Shown: positions 47,901-57,260, counted from the first letter of the stretch. The stretch: 64,000 nucleotides of DNA from Komarekiella atlantica HA4396-MV6 (GCA_019359395.1 JAHHHK010000010.1:111894-175893), one strand, 5' to 3'. Program-made: numbers and translations. The notes: a model not told the origin generated them from the letters alone.

Positions 47901-47946
47901 TGAAATTTGCAATGCTCGGCGCTTGATTGGTAAAGAGGATAGTCAT
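44926..47946 (-). CDS. (DUF4082 + Ig-like) x2 fused to an N,N-dimethylformamidase beta-subunit-like domain
   Basis: Two ELGMKFRS...GQITAIRFWK...GWQEQ...YYRDI domains; two KVSGDNQ...PLVV...GQAST Ig-like domains; C-terminal IYRLGYYSG, SGIYIAKL, AYN...GGHSLY, VSYDRP, GHDEYWS, GYEWD, ASGTIQW. Confidence 0.8.
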   Translation of the reverse strand: MTILFTNQAPSIANFTDSVPYELGMKFRSATGGQITAIRFWKAPSETGTHTGKLWTATGTLLASVTFSNETASGWQEQLLATPVNIQANTTYVVSVNVNAYYVATYDQLGNPIVNSDLSSVADGNNGVFNGTPGAFPTGSYRNTNYFRDINFVAVALPTITKVSGDNQTGAVATTLPNPLVVQVKDSTGNPQSGVTVNFAVTSGGGSVSPASAVTNASGQASTTLTLGASPGATSPVTNNVSATASGIGSVTFSATANPSGNAQTVLTTQVPSLANFTDNVSYELGMKFRSTRGGQITAIRFWKAASETGTHIGKLWTATGTLLESVTFTNETASGWQEQLLETPVNILSNTTYVVSVNANSHYVATQDELGSSIVQGDLSSVADGNNGVYNLNPNSFPTGSYRNTNYYRDIAFVVGSSLVKVSGDNQIGTTGSALPNPLVVRVVNAQNNPQSGVTVNFVVSSGGGSVSPVSVVTNGSGQASTTLTLGPVPTAPGGVVVTATADGIGNVTFSASATPANPNPIYLENLNPGTTNWKLVNRGSGEIAGYASATSVNKGESLDIKVSLGQAGQFTIDVYRLGYYSGTGGRLMASSGSLNGTTQSAATLDPDTRLVECNWTTSYVLQVGNNWTSGIYIAKLTDQASGKVAHVWFVVRDDSSTADILFQSAVSCVLAYNTVGGHSLYNFNSNGPRAFKVSYDRPISQATSQESYEADTPLRWEYNMVRWLESQGYDVTYTDNMQVHTNGQSLLDHKVFLSVGHDEYWSKEMYDAVEAARNGGINLGFFSANTCYWRVRFENSTLAAGQVKPNRVMACYKQDWASDPVAQQQGPSAATNKFRSVQNQRPENALLGVMYGSDLDLYGGFNFVVTNSSDPYYANTGLQNGDQLALLVGYEWDFIVNNGSTPPNLVMLSQSPVQPAALLPNFDEPPGEQALPANQDFTKAHSTRYTASSGAKVFASGTIQWAWGLDSADVSPAREDLRVKQITVNILADMGARPQAPNANLIVP

Positions 47947-48092
47947 AAGCTATTGCCTATAAAATTTAATTACTACGGATCATAAAAAGTCACTTCCTTG
48001 ATTAGGAACACTGAGCAGCCTTGGAGTAAGCTGCTCGACGAATACTTGATGAACTTGACTAAAAGCAATTTCTACGAAAGGAATTATTTTCT

Positions 48093-49289
48093 TTAAACCT
48101 GACAAGCCATTTTTAAAACTTTTACTACATAGTCCTGTTCGTGTTGAGTCATCTGATGAAACAAGGGTAGTAAGATAGTACGATCTTGGGCTTGCTCACT
48201 TTCAGAAAGGCGATCGCAAGTTGCTTGTCCACACTGGCATTCTCTGCTCCCGCACAACCAAGCTTCAATTTGATAAGCAGGTTCTCGGTGAGCGCACATA
48301 ATTCCTCGTCTTGTGGCAACCCCAGCATCTAACATCACTTGCATGACTTGCCGTTGGTCGCATTTTTCTGGTAGGCGTACACAGTAACTTTGCCAGTTAC
48401 TTTTTACCCAATCTGGCTCTGTCGGCAATTTTAAGCCTGGTATATCCGCCAGCATTTGCTGATATTGCTGTGCCAAGTAACGTCGGCGTTCAGTAATTTC
48501 CGGTAGGCGTTTGAGTTGTTCCCGTCCAACTGCTGCTTGGATGTCGGTCATCCGGTAGTTGTAGCCCAACATCGGGTAAGACTCAAAGATGACTTGTTTT
48601 GCCCCGTGACGTACGGTGTCGGGAACACTCATTCCATGTTGTCGCCAGAGGCGAAACTGTTTGTCCCATTCGGGGTTGTTGGTAGTAAGCATTCCACCAT
48701 CACCAGTGGTAATCACTTTGCGGGGATGAAAGGAAAAACAAGCAATATCCCCGTGTGGCTTGCCGATTTTTTCCCACTCATTATTCCAGAGAATTTCACT
48801 GCCGATCGCACAAGCTGCATCTTCAATTACTGGTAGATTATATTGATGGGCAACATCTAAAATGGCTTTGAGGTCGCAAGGCATCCCCATTTGATGAACA
48901 ACGAGAATAGCGCGGGTGCGTTCGCTAATCACATCTGCAATTAACAAAGGGTTGATGTTATATGTTTGAGGTTCAATATCCACAAACACAGGTATCGCCC
49001 CACAGTAACGGATACTGTTGGCGGTAGCAATATAAGAATGGCTAACAGTAATTACTTCATCCCCAGGTTGCACACCTACGGTTAACAGCGCTAAGTGTAA
49101 TGCTGTGGTGCAATTGGAAACAGCGCAAGCATAGTTTGCTCCTACATAAGCCGCAAATTCCTGCTCAAAAGCAGCGACTTCTGGCCCTTGTGTAACCCAG
49201 CCTGACATAATCGCCCGGCTAGCTGCTTCAGCTTCGGGTTCACCCATGCACGGTTTGGCGATCGGGACATAATGGATTTTCTCAGACAT
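48093..49289 (-). CDS. DegT/DnrJ/EryC1/StrS aminotransferase (ArnB/PerA-like)
   Basis: SGWVTQGP, VSNCTTALHLAL, IEDAACA, SFHPRKVITTGDGG (PLP Lys), GYNYRMTDIQAA. Confidence 0.93.
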   Translation of the reverse strand: MSEKIHYVPIAKPCMGEPEAEAASRAIMSGWVTQGPEVAAFEQEFAAYVGANYACAVSNCTTALHLALLTVGVQPGDEVITVSHSYIATANSIRYCGAIPVFVDIEPQTYNINPLLIADVISERTRAILVVHQMGMPCDLKAILDVAHQYNLPVIEDAACAIGSEILWNNEWEKIGKPHGDIACFSFHPRKVITTGDGGMLTTNNPEWDKQFRLWRQHGMSVPDTVRHGAKQVIFESYPMLGYNYRMTDIQAAVGREQLKRLPEITERRRYLAQQYQQMLADIPGLKLPTEPDWVKSNWQSYCVRLPEKCDQRQVMQVMLDAGVATRRGIMCAHREPAYQIEAWLCGSRECQCGQATCDRLSESEQAQDRTILLPLFHQMTQHEQDYVVKVLKMACQV

Positions 49290-50256
49290 TGCTTGCTTCC
49301 TTTGTCAGCTTTTGTTCGCGCCACCAATTAACCAACCGACGCAATCCTTCTTCTAACGACACCTGTGCTTCAAAACCCAGCAGTTTCTTAGCTTTACTGA
49401 CATCAGCAAGTCGCCGTGGCACAGCGTTGACTTTGCGCTCTGGCCCGTATTCTGGTTGCAAGTCTGATTCCATCACCTTAGCCAAACTATAGGCTAAGTC
49501 ATTCAAACTGGTTTCGACGCTACTAGCAATATTAAAAACCTCATCAGTGACATCTGTTTTGGCTGCCAAGATATTGGCTCTAGCAATGTCTTCGATGTAT
49601 ACAAAGTCCATTGTCTGTTTACCATCACCAAAAATCAAGGGTGGTTGTCCAGCGACGATGCGCTCCATCCAACGAATTAACACCTCAGTGTAGACACCGT
49701 AAATATCCATACGTGGGCCGTAAACATTGAAGTAGCGCAACCCTACATAGTTCAGCCCATACATATCATAAAAACTACGTAATAAGCCTTCATTAAAAAT
49801 CTTGGCTGCACCGTAGATTGTACGGTTATTGTAAGGGTGGTGAGCTTCAGTTGTGGGGAACTCCTCCGCCATACCATATATTGATGCTGATGAAGCAGCA
49901 ACTACCTTTTTTACCTCAGCTTTTACTGCTGCTTCTAAAACATTGAAAGTACCATCAGCCAAAACTTCCAATGCCATACGCGGTTCTTCAGCACATTGAG
50001 TAATCCGAATTGCTGCTTGATGAAAGACTATATCCACACCTTGCATGACTTCTCCAAGAAGTTTTTGATCCCGGATATCGCCTTCTACAACTACTAAAGG
50101 GCCGTGTTCTTTTGCCCAAGCGAGGTTTTTCAGTTGTCCACGAGTGAAGTTGTCAAGAATGATAATCTCAGAAACTTCTTCCTTGACTAATAAATCGGCA
50201 ATATGGGAGCCAACTAAGCCTGCACCACCTGTGATTAAAATTCGTTTATTTTGCAT
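49282..50256 (-). CDS. NAD-dependent nucleotide-sugar epimerase/dehydratase (extended SDR)
   Basis: TGGAGLVG, ASSASIYG, YGAAK, RYFNVYGP. Confidence 0.92.
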   Translation of the reverse strand: MQNKRILITGGAGLVGSHIADLLVKEEVSEIIILDNFTRGQLKNLAWAKEHGPLVVVEGDIRDQKLLGEVMQGVDIVFHQAAIRITQCAEEPRMALEVLADGTFNVLEAAVKAEVKKVVAASSASIYGMAEEFPTTEAHHPYNNRTIYGAAKIFNEGLLRSFYDMYGLNYVGLRYFNVYGPRMDIYGVYTEVLIRWMERIVAGQPPLIFGDGKQTMDFVYIEDIARANILAAKTDVTDEVFNIASSVETSLNDLAYSLAKVMESDLQPEYGPERKVNAVPRRLADVSKAKKLLGFEAQVSLEEGLRRLVNWWREQKLTKEASNV

Positions 50257-50261
50257 ATTTA

Positions 50262-50957
50262 TTAAGTGTTATTTGATGGTTCATATCCTTCTCGCCAGCG
50301 TAAAAACTTAGCGGGTACACCAGCTGCGATCGCAAATGCTGGTACATCTTTAGTGACAACAGCTCCAGCGCCAACAATGCTTCCTTGACCAATTGTTACC
50401 CCAGGAAGGATAACTGCGTTCATGCCGATATCAGCTCCGGTTTCAATTTTTACTGATTTAATCTCTAGGTCTGTTTGGATGATTGGAACGTCAATTGGCA
50501 ATCCGGTATGTGTTGAACCCAGTACTTTTGCTCCCGGGCCCCATCCTACATAATCTTCAATAATTAAATTACGGGCATCAAAGTAGCTCTGCGGCCCAAT
50601 CCAAACGTTGTTACCTATAATACAAGTACCGTCGAACCTTCCTTGAATATAGCTTTGGGAACCAATAAATACTTGATTCCCAATCTCAAATGTTTCAAGA
50701 TGTTTAAAACCTACACTATTGCCAATCCGAACTCCATGACCGAATTTACGTGCTACTGCACGCCAAATAACTCGTCGCATCAGCGCATCAAATTCTCCAT
50801 CACTGACGGCAAAGCGTGCATACAATTCGATTAATGGTTGCAGTTCATACTGAGTATTGAGATATGCTGCTAGTTGAATTTCAAAGTCGGGGTCTGACTT
50901 TAATTCCTTTAAGCCGTGGACAGCTTTGATGATCTTAGTCATAGCTGGATCAGACAT
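50262..50957 (-). CDS. Hexapeptide-repeat acyltransferase
   Basis: LbH repeats; GSTH; DIGMNAVILPGVTIG; AGVPAKFLRWR. Confidence 0.88.
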   Translation of the reverse strand: MSDPAMTKIIKAVHGLKELKSDPDFEIQLAAYLNTQYELQPLIELYARFAVSDGEFDALMRRVIWRAVARKFGHGVRIGNSVGFKHLETFEIGNQVFIGSQSYIQGRFDGTCIIGNNVWIGPQSYFDARNLIIEDYVGWGPGAKVLGSTHTGLPIDVPIIQTDLEIKSVKIETGADIGMNAVILPGVTIGQGSIVGAGAVVTKDVPAFAIAAGVPAKFLRWREGYEPSNNT

Positions 50958-50972
50958 TAATTTTCTCAGCTA

Positions 50973-52091
50973 TCATAATGAGGTAATTACTGCCTTTGCG
51001 ACTTTATTTTGTGCTTCTGTTGTCAGTTCCGCATACATTGGTAAAGATAACACTTCTCTAGATGCTGCTTCTGAGTGCGGAAAGTCTCCGATTTGATAAC
51101 CTAAATCAGCATAAGCTGGCTGGAGGTGGACAGGAATTGGGTAATGAATACCTGTCTGAATTTCTTGCTCTTGTAGGCTCTGTTGCAGGGCATCTCGTTG
51201 TGGCGTTCGCGTAGCGTGCCCTACGAGCACTCGCACTGCATAAACATGGTAAACGTGGCGGCTATAAGGCATTATCCTAGGTAAAGTTAGGCTAGATTCT
51301 GCCAGGAGTTGATCGTAATTAGCTGCATGTGTGATTCTTGCTTCTGTCCACGCTTCAATGTAGCGCAATTTCACCCGTAAAATCGCTCCCTGGATGCCAT
51401 CCATGCGATAGTTATAGCCTTTTAGAACATGATGATATCTGCGTTCTTGACCCCAGTCGCGTAACATCTGCATAGTACGGGCATATTCAGGATTGTTGGT
51501 AACTGCCATCCCGCCCTCACCGTAGGCTCCTAAGTTCTTACCTGGATAAAAACTAAAACAACCAATGTCGCCAATACTACCTACTCGCTGTCCTTTGTAC
51601 TCAGCCCCATGAGCTTGGGCTGCATCTTCAATCACAGTTAAACCATGACGGCGAGCAATTTCTAGAATAGGTTCCATGTCTGCTGGTTGACCATACAAAT
51701 GTACAGGCAGAATGGCTTTTGTGCGATCAGTTATGGCTTGTTCAATTTGGTTGATATCTATTGTGTAAGAAACAGGGTCAATATCTACAAAAACAGGTGT
51801 AGCTCCGGTATAAACAATTGCTGCTACCGTAGCAACGAAGGTAAAAGGGACAGTAATCACTTCGTCACCAGCACCGATACCAGCAGCTAGTAACGCCAAG
51901 TGGAGGGCGCTAGTACCTGTATTCACAGCTATGCCATAATCAGCATTGCAGTAATCTGCAAACTCTTCTTCTAAAGATTTAACTTCATTCCCTAAGACAA
52001 ATTGAGTACTTGCCAATAATTGCAAAACGGCACTATCAATTTCATCTTTGATACTCAAGTACTGAGTTTTGAGGTCTACAAATGGAATCAC
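50973..52091 (-). CDS. DegT-family aminotransferase (WbpE/WlbC/GnnB-like)
   Basis: [45 protein letters not shown]; carries an 8-aa in-frame insertion (see findings). Confidence 0.93.
   Translation of the reverse strand: MIPFVDLKTQYLSIKDEIDSAVLQLLASTQFVLGNEVKSLEEEFADYCNADYGIAVNTGTSALHLALLAAGIGAGDEVITVPFTFVATVAAIVYTGATPVFVDIDPVSYTIDINQIEQAITDRTKAILPVHLYGQPADMEPILEIARRHGLTVIEDAAQAHGAEYKGQRVGSIGDIGCFSFYPGKNLGAYGEGGMAVTNNPEYARTMQMLRDWGQERRYHHVLKGYNYRMDGIQGAILRVKLRYIEAWTEARITHAANYDQLLAESSLTLPRIMPYSRHVYHVYAVRVLVGHATRTPQRDALQQSLQEQEIQTGIHYPIPVHLQPAYADLGYQIGDFPHSEAASREVLSLPMYAELTTEAQNKVAKAVITSL
51207..51234. repeat. 24-nt SDR-type insertion inside the DegT gene, in frame
   Basis: TCGC-GTAGCGTGCCCTACGAGCAC-TCGC with a 4-nt duplication; gives [15 protein letters not shown]. 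Confidence 0.7.
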
Positions 52092-53125
52092 GCCGCTACC
52101 TCTGCTATATTTAGTTCAATTAATCGACCTTGCTTCTTCAAAGACTGGCTTGCAGCTTCTAGAATTCTCACTACATCCAGTCCTACTTTCCCATCGGTAA
52201 TCGGGCGATCGCTTTGTTGAATACAATTAATAAAATGCAATCCCTCTGTCCGCAGTGCTTCTGTCATATCTAACTTGGGCGACCACATATCCCCTGTACG
52301 ATAACCAATCATCATCTGGTAAACACTTTCAGAATTGCCATTAATAGTAATTCCCTTGTCGTAAATCTTGACTTTTTCGCTAGGTTCTAAGTCGTCATAA
52401 ACAATCATGCGTTGACTACCACCAATCAGTGTGCGACGAACTTTTACCGGTGCTAGCCAATTGACATGAAGATGAGCAATCAAGTTATTTTCAAAGAATA
52501 AGGTCAAATAAGCAATATTTTCTGGTTCTCCAGGTATATGGCTGATGCCTGTAGCGGATACAGCATAAGGCTGAGATGGCAATACATAGTTCATGATTGC
52601 GAGGTCATGAACTGCCAAATCCCAGATGACATTCACATCATGCTGAAAAAGTCCTAAGTTGACCCGTACAGAATCGTAGTAGTAAACATTCCCTAAAGTA
52701 TTAGTGGCGATCAAGTCGTGCATTTTACGTACAGCACCCGTATAGACAAAGGTATGATCGACCATTAATACTAGGTTACGTTTTTCTGCCTCTTCAATTA
52801 AGCGCATTGCCTGTTCTGAGGTGGTGGTCATGGGTTTTTCTACGAGCACGTGCTTGCCAGCCTGCAACGCAGCTAAGGCCAAGTCAAAGTGAGTAGAAAC
52901 AGGTGTAGCGATCGCTACCGCATCAATCTTCGGATCTTTAAAAACGTCTCGACAATCTGTCGTCACACTAATTTTGGGATATCTTGCTTGCACCTTGGTG
53001 AGCAACTCTGGTTTAAAATCGCTGACTGTTGTAACCTGCGCTCCTGGAATTTCCGAGAAATTTCTGACTAAATTCGGGCCCCAGTAACCATAGCCGATTA
53101 CACCGATATTAATATTACTTTCCAT
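52088..53125 (-). CDS. Gfo/Idh/MocA oxidoreductase (WbpB/WlbA/GnnA-like C3 dehydrogenase)
   Basis: [27 protein letters not shown]. Confidence 0.9.
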   Translation of the reverse strand: MESNINIGVIGYGYWGPNLVRNFSEIPGAQVTTVSDFKPELLTKVQARYPKISVTTDCRDVFKDPKIDAVAIATPVSTHFDLALAALQAGKHVLVEKPMTTTSEQAMRLIEEAEKRNLVLMVDHTFVYTGAVRKMHDLIATNTLGNVYYYDSVRVNLGLFQHDVNVIWDLAVHDLAIMNYVLPSQPYAVSATGISHIPGEPENIAYLTLFFENNLIAHLHVNWLAPVKVRRTLIGGSQRMIVYDDLEPSEKVKIYDKGITINGNSESVYQMMIGYRTGDMWSPKLDMTEALRTEGLHFINCIQQSDRPITDGKVGLDVVRILEAASQSLKKQGRLIELNIAEVAA

Positions 53126-53379
53126 TGGTTTTAATTAATCAGAATTTATTTTTTATGAACTACTAAGCGGTGCTATTAAACAATAGCGATGGTTTTTTAA
53201 TTTAATAATATTAGGCTTTAACCTGACGAAATTTTAGTTTTTACCAAGCTTTAATTTAGTCAGTTTAGAAGTTGAAATGACCTAAAAATCTTAAATTCTT
53301 TGTTATTTACTGAGGTTCCTAACGTTGACAGACAGGAAAGTAGCTTTCGTGGTTTAACTTAGACTGGTAGTTGGTATTT

Positions 53380-53889
53380 CTAAGATTGAACTGCGAGTTC
53401 CTTCATTGTTCCATCGCGGACATCGCCAATCACACGAGCCGGCACTCCCACAGCAATCGCATAATCAGGGATATCACGAGTAACTACTGCTCCAGCCCCA
53501 ATAATGGCTTTTTCTCCAACAGTCACCCCTGGCAAGACGGTAGCATTGCTACCAATAGAAGCACAGCGTTTAACTTGCGTCTTAAGTACATACCAGTCGG
53601 CATCGGTTTTCAAACTACCATCTTCATTAGCGGCATGGGGGTAAAGATCATTGGTAAACATCACTCCATGACCGATAAAAACTTCATCTTCAAGGATGAC
53701 GCCTTCACAAAGAAAGCTGTGTGATGAAATCTTACACCGACTACCGACAATGACATTTTTTTGGATTTCCACAAAAGTACCAATCTTTGTCTCATCACCA
53801 ATTTCACAGCCGTAAAGATTCACTAAATTAGGATGGAAAATCTTGACGTTACTGCCTATTTTTACATCATCATTTACTGGCATAATCAA
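53380..53889 (-). CDS. Hexapeptide N-acyltransferase (WbpD/WlbB-like)
   Basis: [51 protein letters not shown]. Confidence 0.9.
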   Translation of the reverse strand: MIMPVNDDVKIGSNVKIFHPNLVNLYGCEIGDETKIGTFVEIQKNVIVGSRCKISSHSFLCEGVILEDEVFIGHGVMFTNDLYPHAANEDGSLKTDADWYVLKTQVKRCASIGSNATVLPGVTVGEKAIIGAGAVVTRDIPDYAIAVGVPARVIGDVRDGTMKELAVQS

Positions 53890-53968
53890 CCTATTGATAT
53901 TTTTTTGCTAACAAATATCTTTTATAAAATCTTGTAGAACTGCATTTGTAATTGGGGTGCTAATCAAC

Positions 53969-55249
53969 TTATTCAATTGTTTTCCAGATCGCATCTTCTA
54001 AGTAAGTACACTCATCAGCTTGCCAAGGATAATCTAGTCTCTCAAGTTGGTGCATACTAACTTCAAACTGACAAATTTCTCTAAGATTTTCTAATAGGGT
54101 TTCGCTGCTACGCTCGGCAAACCATGTTGTTAAGGTATAAGAACCCATGTAAAGTCGTAATTTAGGGATTTCACAGCGGAGAATATGAGTTCCTGCTTCT
54201 CGCTGAAACGGCACATCTTGTTCAAAAAACCAGAAAATAGCAATTGGCTGTTGCAGAGCACTGACTATTTGAAAGGAAAAACGCAGACTTTCATGAGGTT
54301 TTTCGATATGAAAAGCGAACTCAAAGGTAATTGGTTTTCCCCAACAGTGAATACCTTGCCCCTCTGAGGTATCTACTTTTGCCCAAGCTACGTAGTTGCC
54401 AGTTTTGTTAGTGGGTGCTTGATAATACGCAGATTCTACTGCATTATCTTTATGCCCAGCTAGATATAACTGTACAGCTTTGCTGGTATTGCCATCAAAC
54501 TGAATTTGACCTTTGGAAAGTAGGATACAACGTTTTGTGAGTTGGGCGATCGCCTGCATACTATGACTAACGAATAAGACTGTGCGTCCTTCTTTGGTTG
54601 CTACATCCCCCATTTTTCCCAAGCACTTCTTTTGAAAAGCAGAATCGCCCACAGCTAGAACTTCATCGATAATTAAAATCTCTGGCTCTAAATGAGCTGC
54701 TACAGAAAAAGCAAGGCGCACATACATTCCAGAAGAATAGCGTTTTACTGGTGTGTCTAAAAACTTTTCTACCTCAGCAAAAGCAACTATTTCATCAAAT
54801 TTCTTCCGAATTTCGACTCCACTCATACCTAGAACAGAACCGTTGAGGTAGATGTTCTCTCGCCCAGTTAGTTCTGGGTGAAATCCCGTACCTACTTCTA
54901 ATAGACTTGCCACTCGCCCTTTAATGGCAATGCGTCCTGTCGTTGGTTCGGTGATGCGGCTCAAAACTTTTAAAAGCGTCGATTTACCAGCACCATTACG
55001 TCCAATAACACCAATGGCTTCACCTTGTTTAATTTCAAAAGAAACATCGTTCAATGCCCAAAATTCTTCTCTACTAAAATTGGGCACTTTTTTACCAGCA
55101 GGCTTGATAAATTTTTGAGTGAGAGATTTAGCTCCATCAGCAATTACATCACGCAGAGCCTTATAGCGATAGCGACCAGAACTATCCTGCTGATGACTAA
55201 TAATATATTTTTTACCTAGGTTGTATACATTAATTACAGTATCAGACAT
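53969..55249 (-). CDS. wzt: Polysaccharide ABC transporter ATPase with C-terminal Wzt_C domain
   Basis: GRNGAGKSTLL, YSSGMYVRLAF, LIIDEVLAVGD, VSHS; about 150-aa C-terminal Ig-like extension. Confidence 0.93.
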   Translation of the reverse strand: MSDTVINVYNLGKKYIISHQQDSSGRYRYKALRDVIADGAKSLTQKFIKPAGKKVPNFSREEFWALNDVSFEIKQGEAIGVIGRNGAGKSTLLKVLSRITEPTTGRIAIKGRVASLLEVGTGFHPELTGRENIYLNGSVLGMSGVEIRKKFDEIVAFAEVEKFLDTPVKRYSSGMYVRLAFSVAAHLEPEILIIDEVLAVGDSAFQKKCLGKMGDVATKEGRTVLFVSHSMQAIAQLTKRCILLSKGQIQFDGNTSKAVQLYLAGHKDNAVESAYYQAPTNKTGNYVAWAKVDTSEGQGIHCWGKPITFEFAFHIEKPHESLRFSFQIVSALQQPIAIFWFFEQDVPFQREAGTHILRCEIPKLRLYMGSYTLTTWFAERSSETLLENLREICQFEVSMHQLERLDYPWQADECTYLEDAIWKTIE

Positions 55250-55264
55250 CTGCTTTGCTCCTTC

Positions 55265-56095
55265 CTAAATTACGTCAGCAAACGTCCGTTCCATTTTGCG
55301 GAAATACCAAATACCACTTATCAGTAAAAAGATCACCAATCCCATAGATAAGATAAATCCCGGCCAATAAATTTTTGAATCCCCACCTATAATTGCCCAG
55401 CGAAAACCATCAATTACCCCCACCATTGGGTTCAAAGAATAAAGCAGACGCCATTTTTCTGGTACAACGCTACTACTAAAGCCTACTGGTGATATATATA
55501 GGCCAAATTGCATAATAAATGGCACAATATACCGAAAGTCTCGGTATTCCACATTTAATGCTGCTAGCCACAGCCCTACTCCCATAGAAGCAGCAAAAGC
55601 AATAATAATAAATAACGGCAGTGTTAGTATCTGCCAACTAGGCACGAAATTATACCAAATCATCAATCCTAGCAGAATCATGCCAGAAATCATAAAGTCA
55701 ACAAAGCTGACGGTTACTGCACTGATAGGTACAATTAAACGTGGAAAGTAGACTTTAGATATCAAATTGGCATTACTAATTAGACTGTTACTGCACTCAC
55801 CCAAGGCATTAGAAAAAAATTGCCAAGGTAGCATAGCAGCAAATACCAAAATTGGATATGGTGCGTCTTTTGAAGGTAATTTCGCTAAATTGCCAAACAC
55901 TACTGTGAACACCACCATCGTCAAAAATGGCCGGATAAGTGCCCAGGCTATACCAACAAATGTTTGTTTGTAACGCACCAAAATATCACGCCAAGCAAGA
56001 AAATATAATAGCTCACGATAGCGCCACAGGTCTTTCCAATACTGCTGCTCTGTACGTCCAGCTTCAATCATTAATTCCGGCTGAGAATCTGTCAT
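55265..56095 (-). CDS. wzm: Polysaccharide ABC transporter permease
   Basis: YRELLYFLAWRDILVRYKQT, KVYFPRL, YRDFRY, LNPMVGVIDGFR. Confidence 0.93.
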   Translation of the reverse strand: MTDSQPELMIEAGRTEQQYWKDLWRYRELLYFLAWRDILVRYKQTFVGIAWALIRPFLTMVVFTVVFGNLAKLPSKDAPYPILVFAAMLPWQFFSNALGECSNSLISNANLISKVYFPRLIVPISAVTVSFVDFMISGMILLGLMIWYNFVPSWQILTLPLFIIIAFAASMGVGLWLAALNVEYRDFRYIVPFIMQFGLYISPVGFSSSVVPEKWRLLYSLNPMVGVIDGFRWAIIGGDSKIYWPGFILSMGLVIFLLISGIWYFRKMERTFADVI

Positions 56096-56127
56096 TTCAC
56101 TAGTTATTAAGTATCGATTGAAGACTT

Positions 56128-56562
56128 TTAATGTTGACTCAGAAGATGGAAATCCTTAATGCTTTTATAGCCAATTACTCTGGCTTGTCTGCGAGTAAAC
56201 TCTCCTACAGAAGGGTTTCCTTCAGGATTAATTACTCCTGTTACTTGCTGCCAAAGCTCTCGTGGTGCTAATGAAAGTTTATAGGTATGCTCATCGCACC
56301 TATGAACGTGATACCATCTTGTTTGCTGGCACTCGTCACACCAAAAAGCCTCTAACCATTCTCCCTCTAGCGGTACGCTACTTTGATTTGCTACTAAGAT
56401 CAGAGCATTTCGCCGACTTATACCTCGTTGCTGCAACTGTCTTGGTTGATTGGCAAACAGTTGATATTTTTGGCTGACGCTATCAATATAGCAGCCGTGA
56501 TATGGACAGTAGATATCACGTCGTTTTGAACGTTTCCGATTTCGATCACACCTTCTCTGCAA
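56128..56562 (-). CDS. Basic, putative zinc-binding hypothetical protein
   Basis: Arg/Lys-rich N-terminus (RRCDRNRKRSKRR), CPYHGC and WCDEC...WYHVH motifs; likely TTG start at 56562 after GGAGGT (track start 56580). Confidence 0.7.
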   Translation of the reverse strand: MQRRCDRNRKRSKRRDIYCPYHGCYIDSVSQKYQLFANQPRQLQQRGISRRNALILVANQSSVPLEGEWLEAFWCDECQQTRWYHVHRCDEHTYKLSLAPRELWQQVTGVINPEGNPSVGEFTRRQARVIGYKSIKDFHLLSQH

Positions 56563-57260
56563 TTTGACCTCCCACATCAAATAGACGATGAAAAAAGGTT
56601 ATATCGGAGGGACTGAGATCAATAAGACCATCAAAGCCCATCTCCCAAATAAAAAATAAATTATTCAATTACTCTTTTATTAGAGTTGCTTGGCTGATAA
56701 ATTATGTAAATCAATTTGCTCAAATTAATTTAACAAATTTTAATTGGCTTTTTTCAATAATTTTAGTTATTGATACTAAATAAACTTTGGTTTTACAACA
56801 TAATGATACTTACTTACAACATACATGAATATAACATATTTTTCCAATATTAATGCATGATTTTTAACATAAATCTTTTACTAGATTTTGCCAATCAACA
56901 ACAAGCTCTAAAATGCTTATTTTAGAACTAGTTTTCATCTAATTAGCATTTAAAACGTCCTTGGTTAAAGACTTTAACGTAACTATAGCTAATGCTGTTG
57001 TACGAAGGTCAAAACTTAAACATTAAAGTCAAAAATTTGAGTAATTATGTTTTTTGGCTATTTTGAATGCTCAGTTATTCTCATTTTGATCGATACTAGT
57101 ATGTACAAGCTTTTATTTAAAATGTTCTGGCATAGGCAAAACCTTTATATTCCAAATTTTCTGTTATAAATAAAGTGAGTACGACAGCAGAAAATATTTA
57201 TATTCAGCTAGTAAGAAGTAAAAGCTGATTGAATTATCTAGTTTCGGAAAATACAAATTT

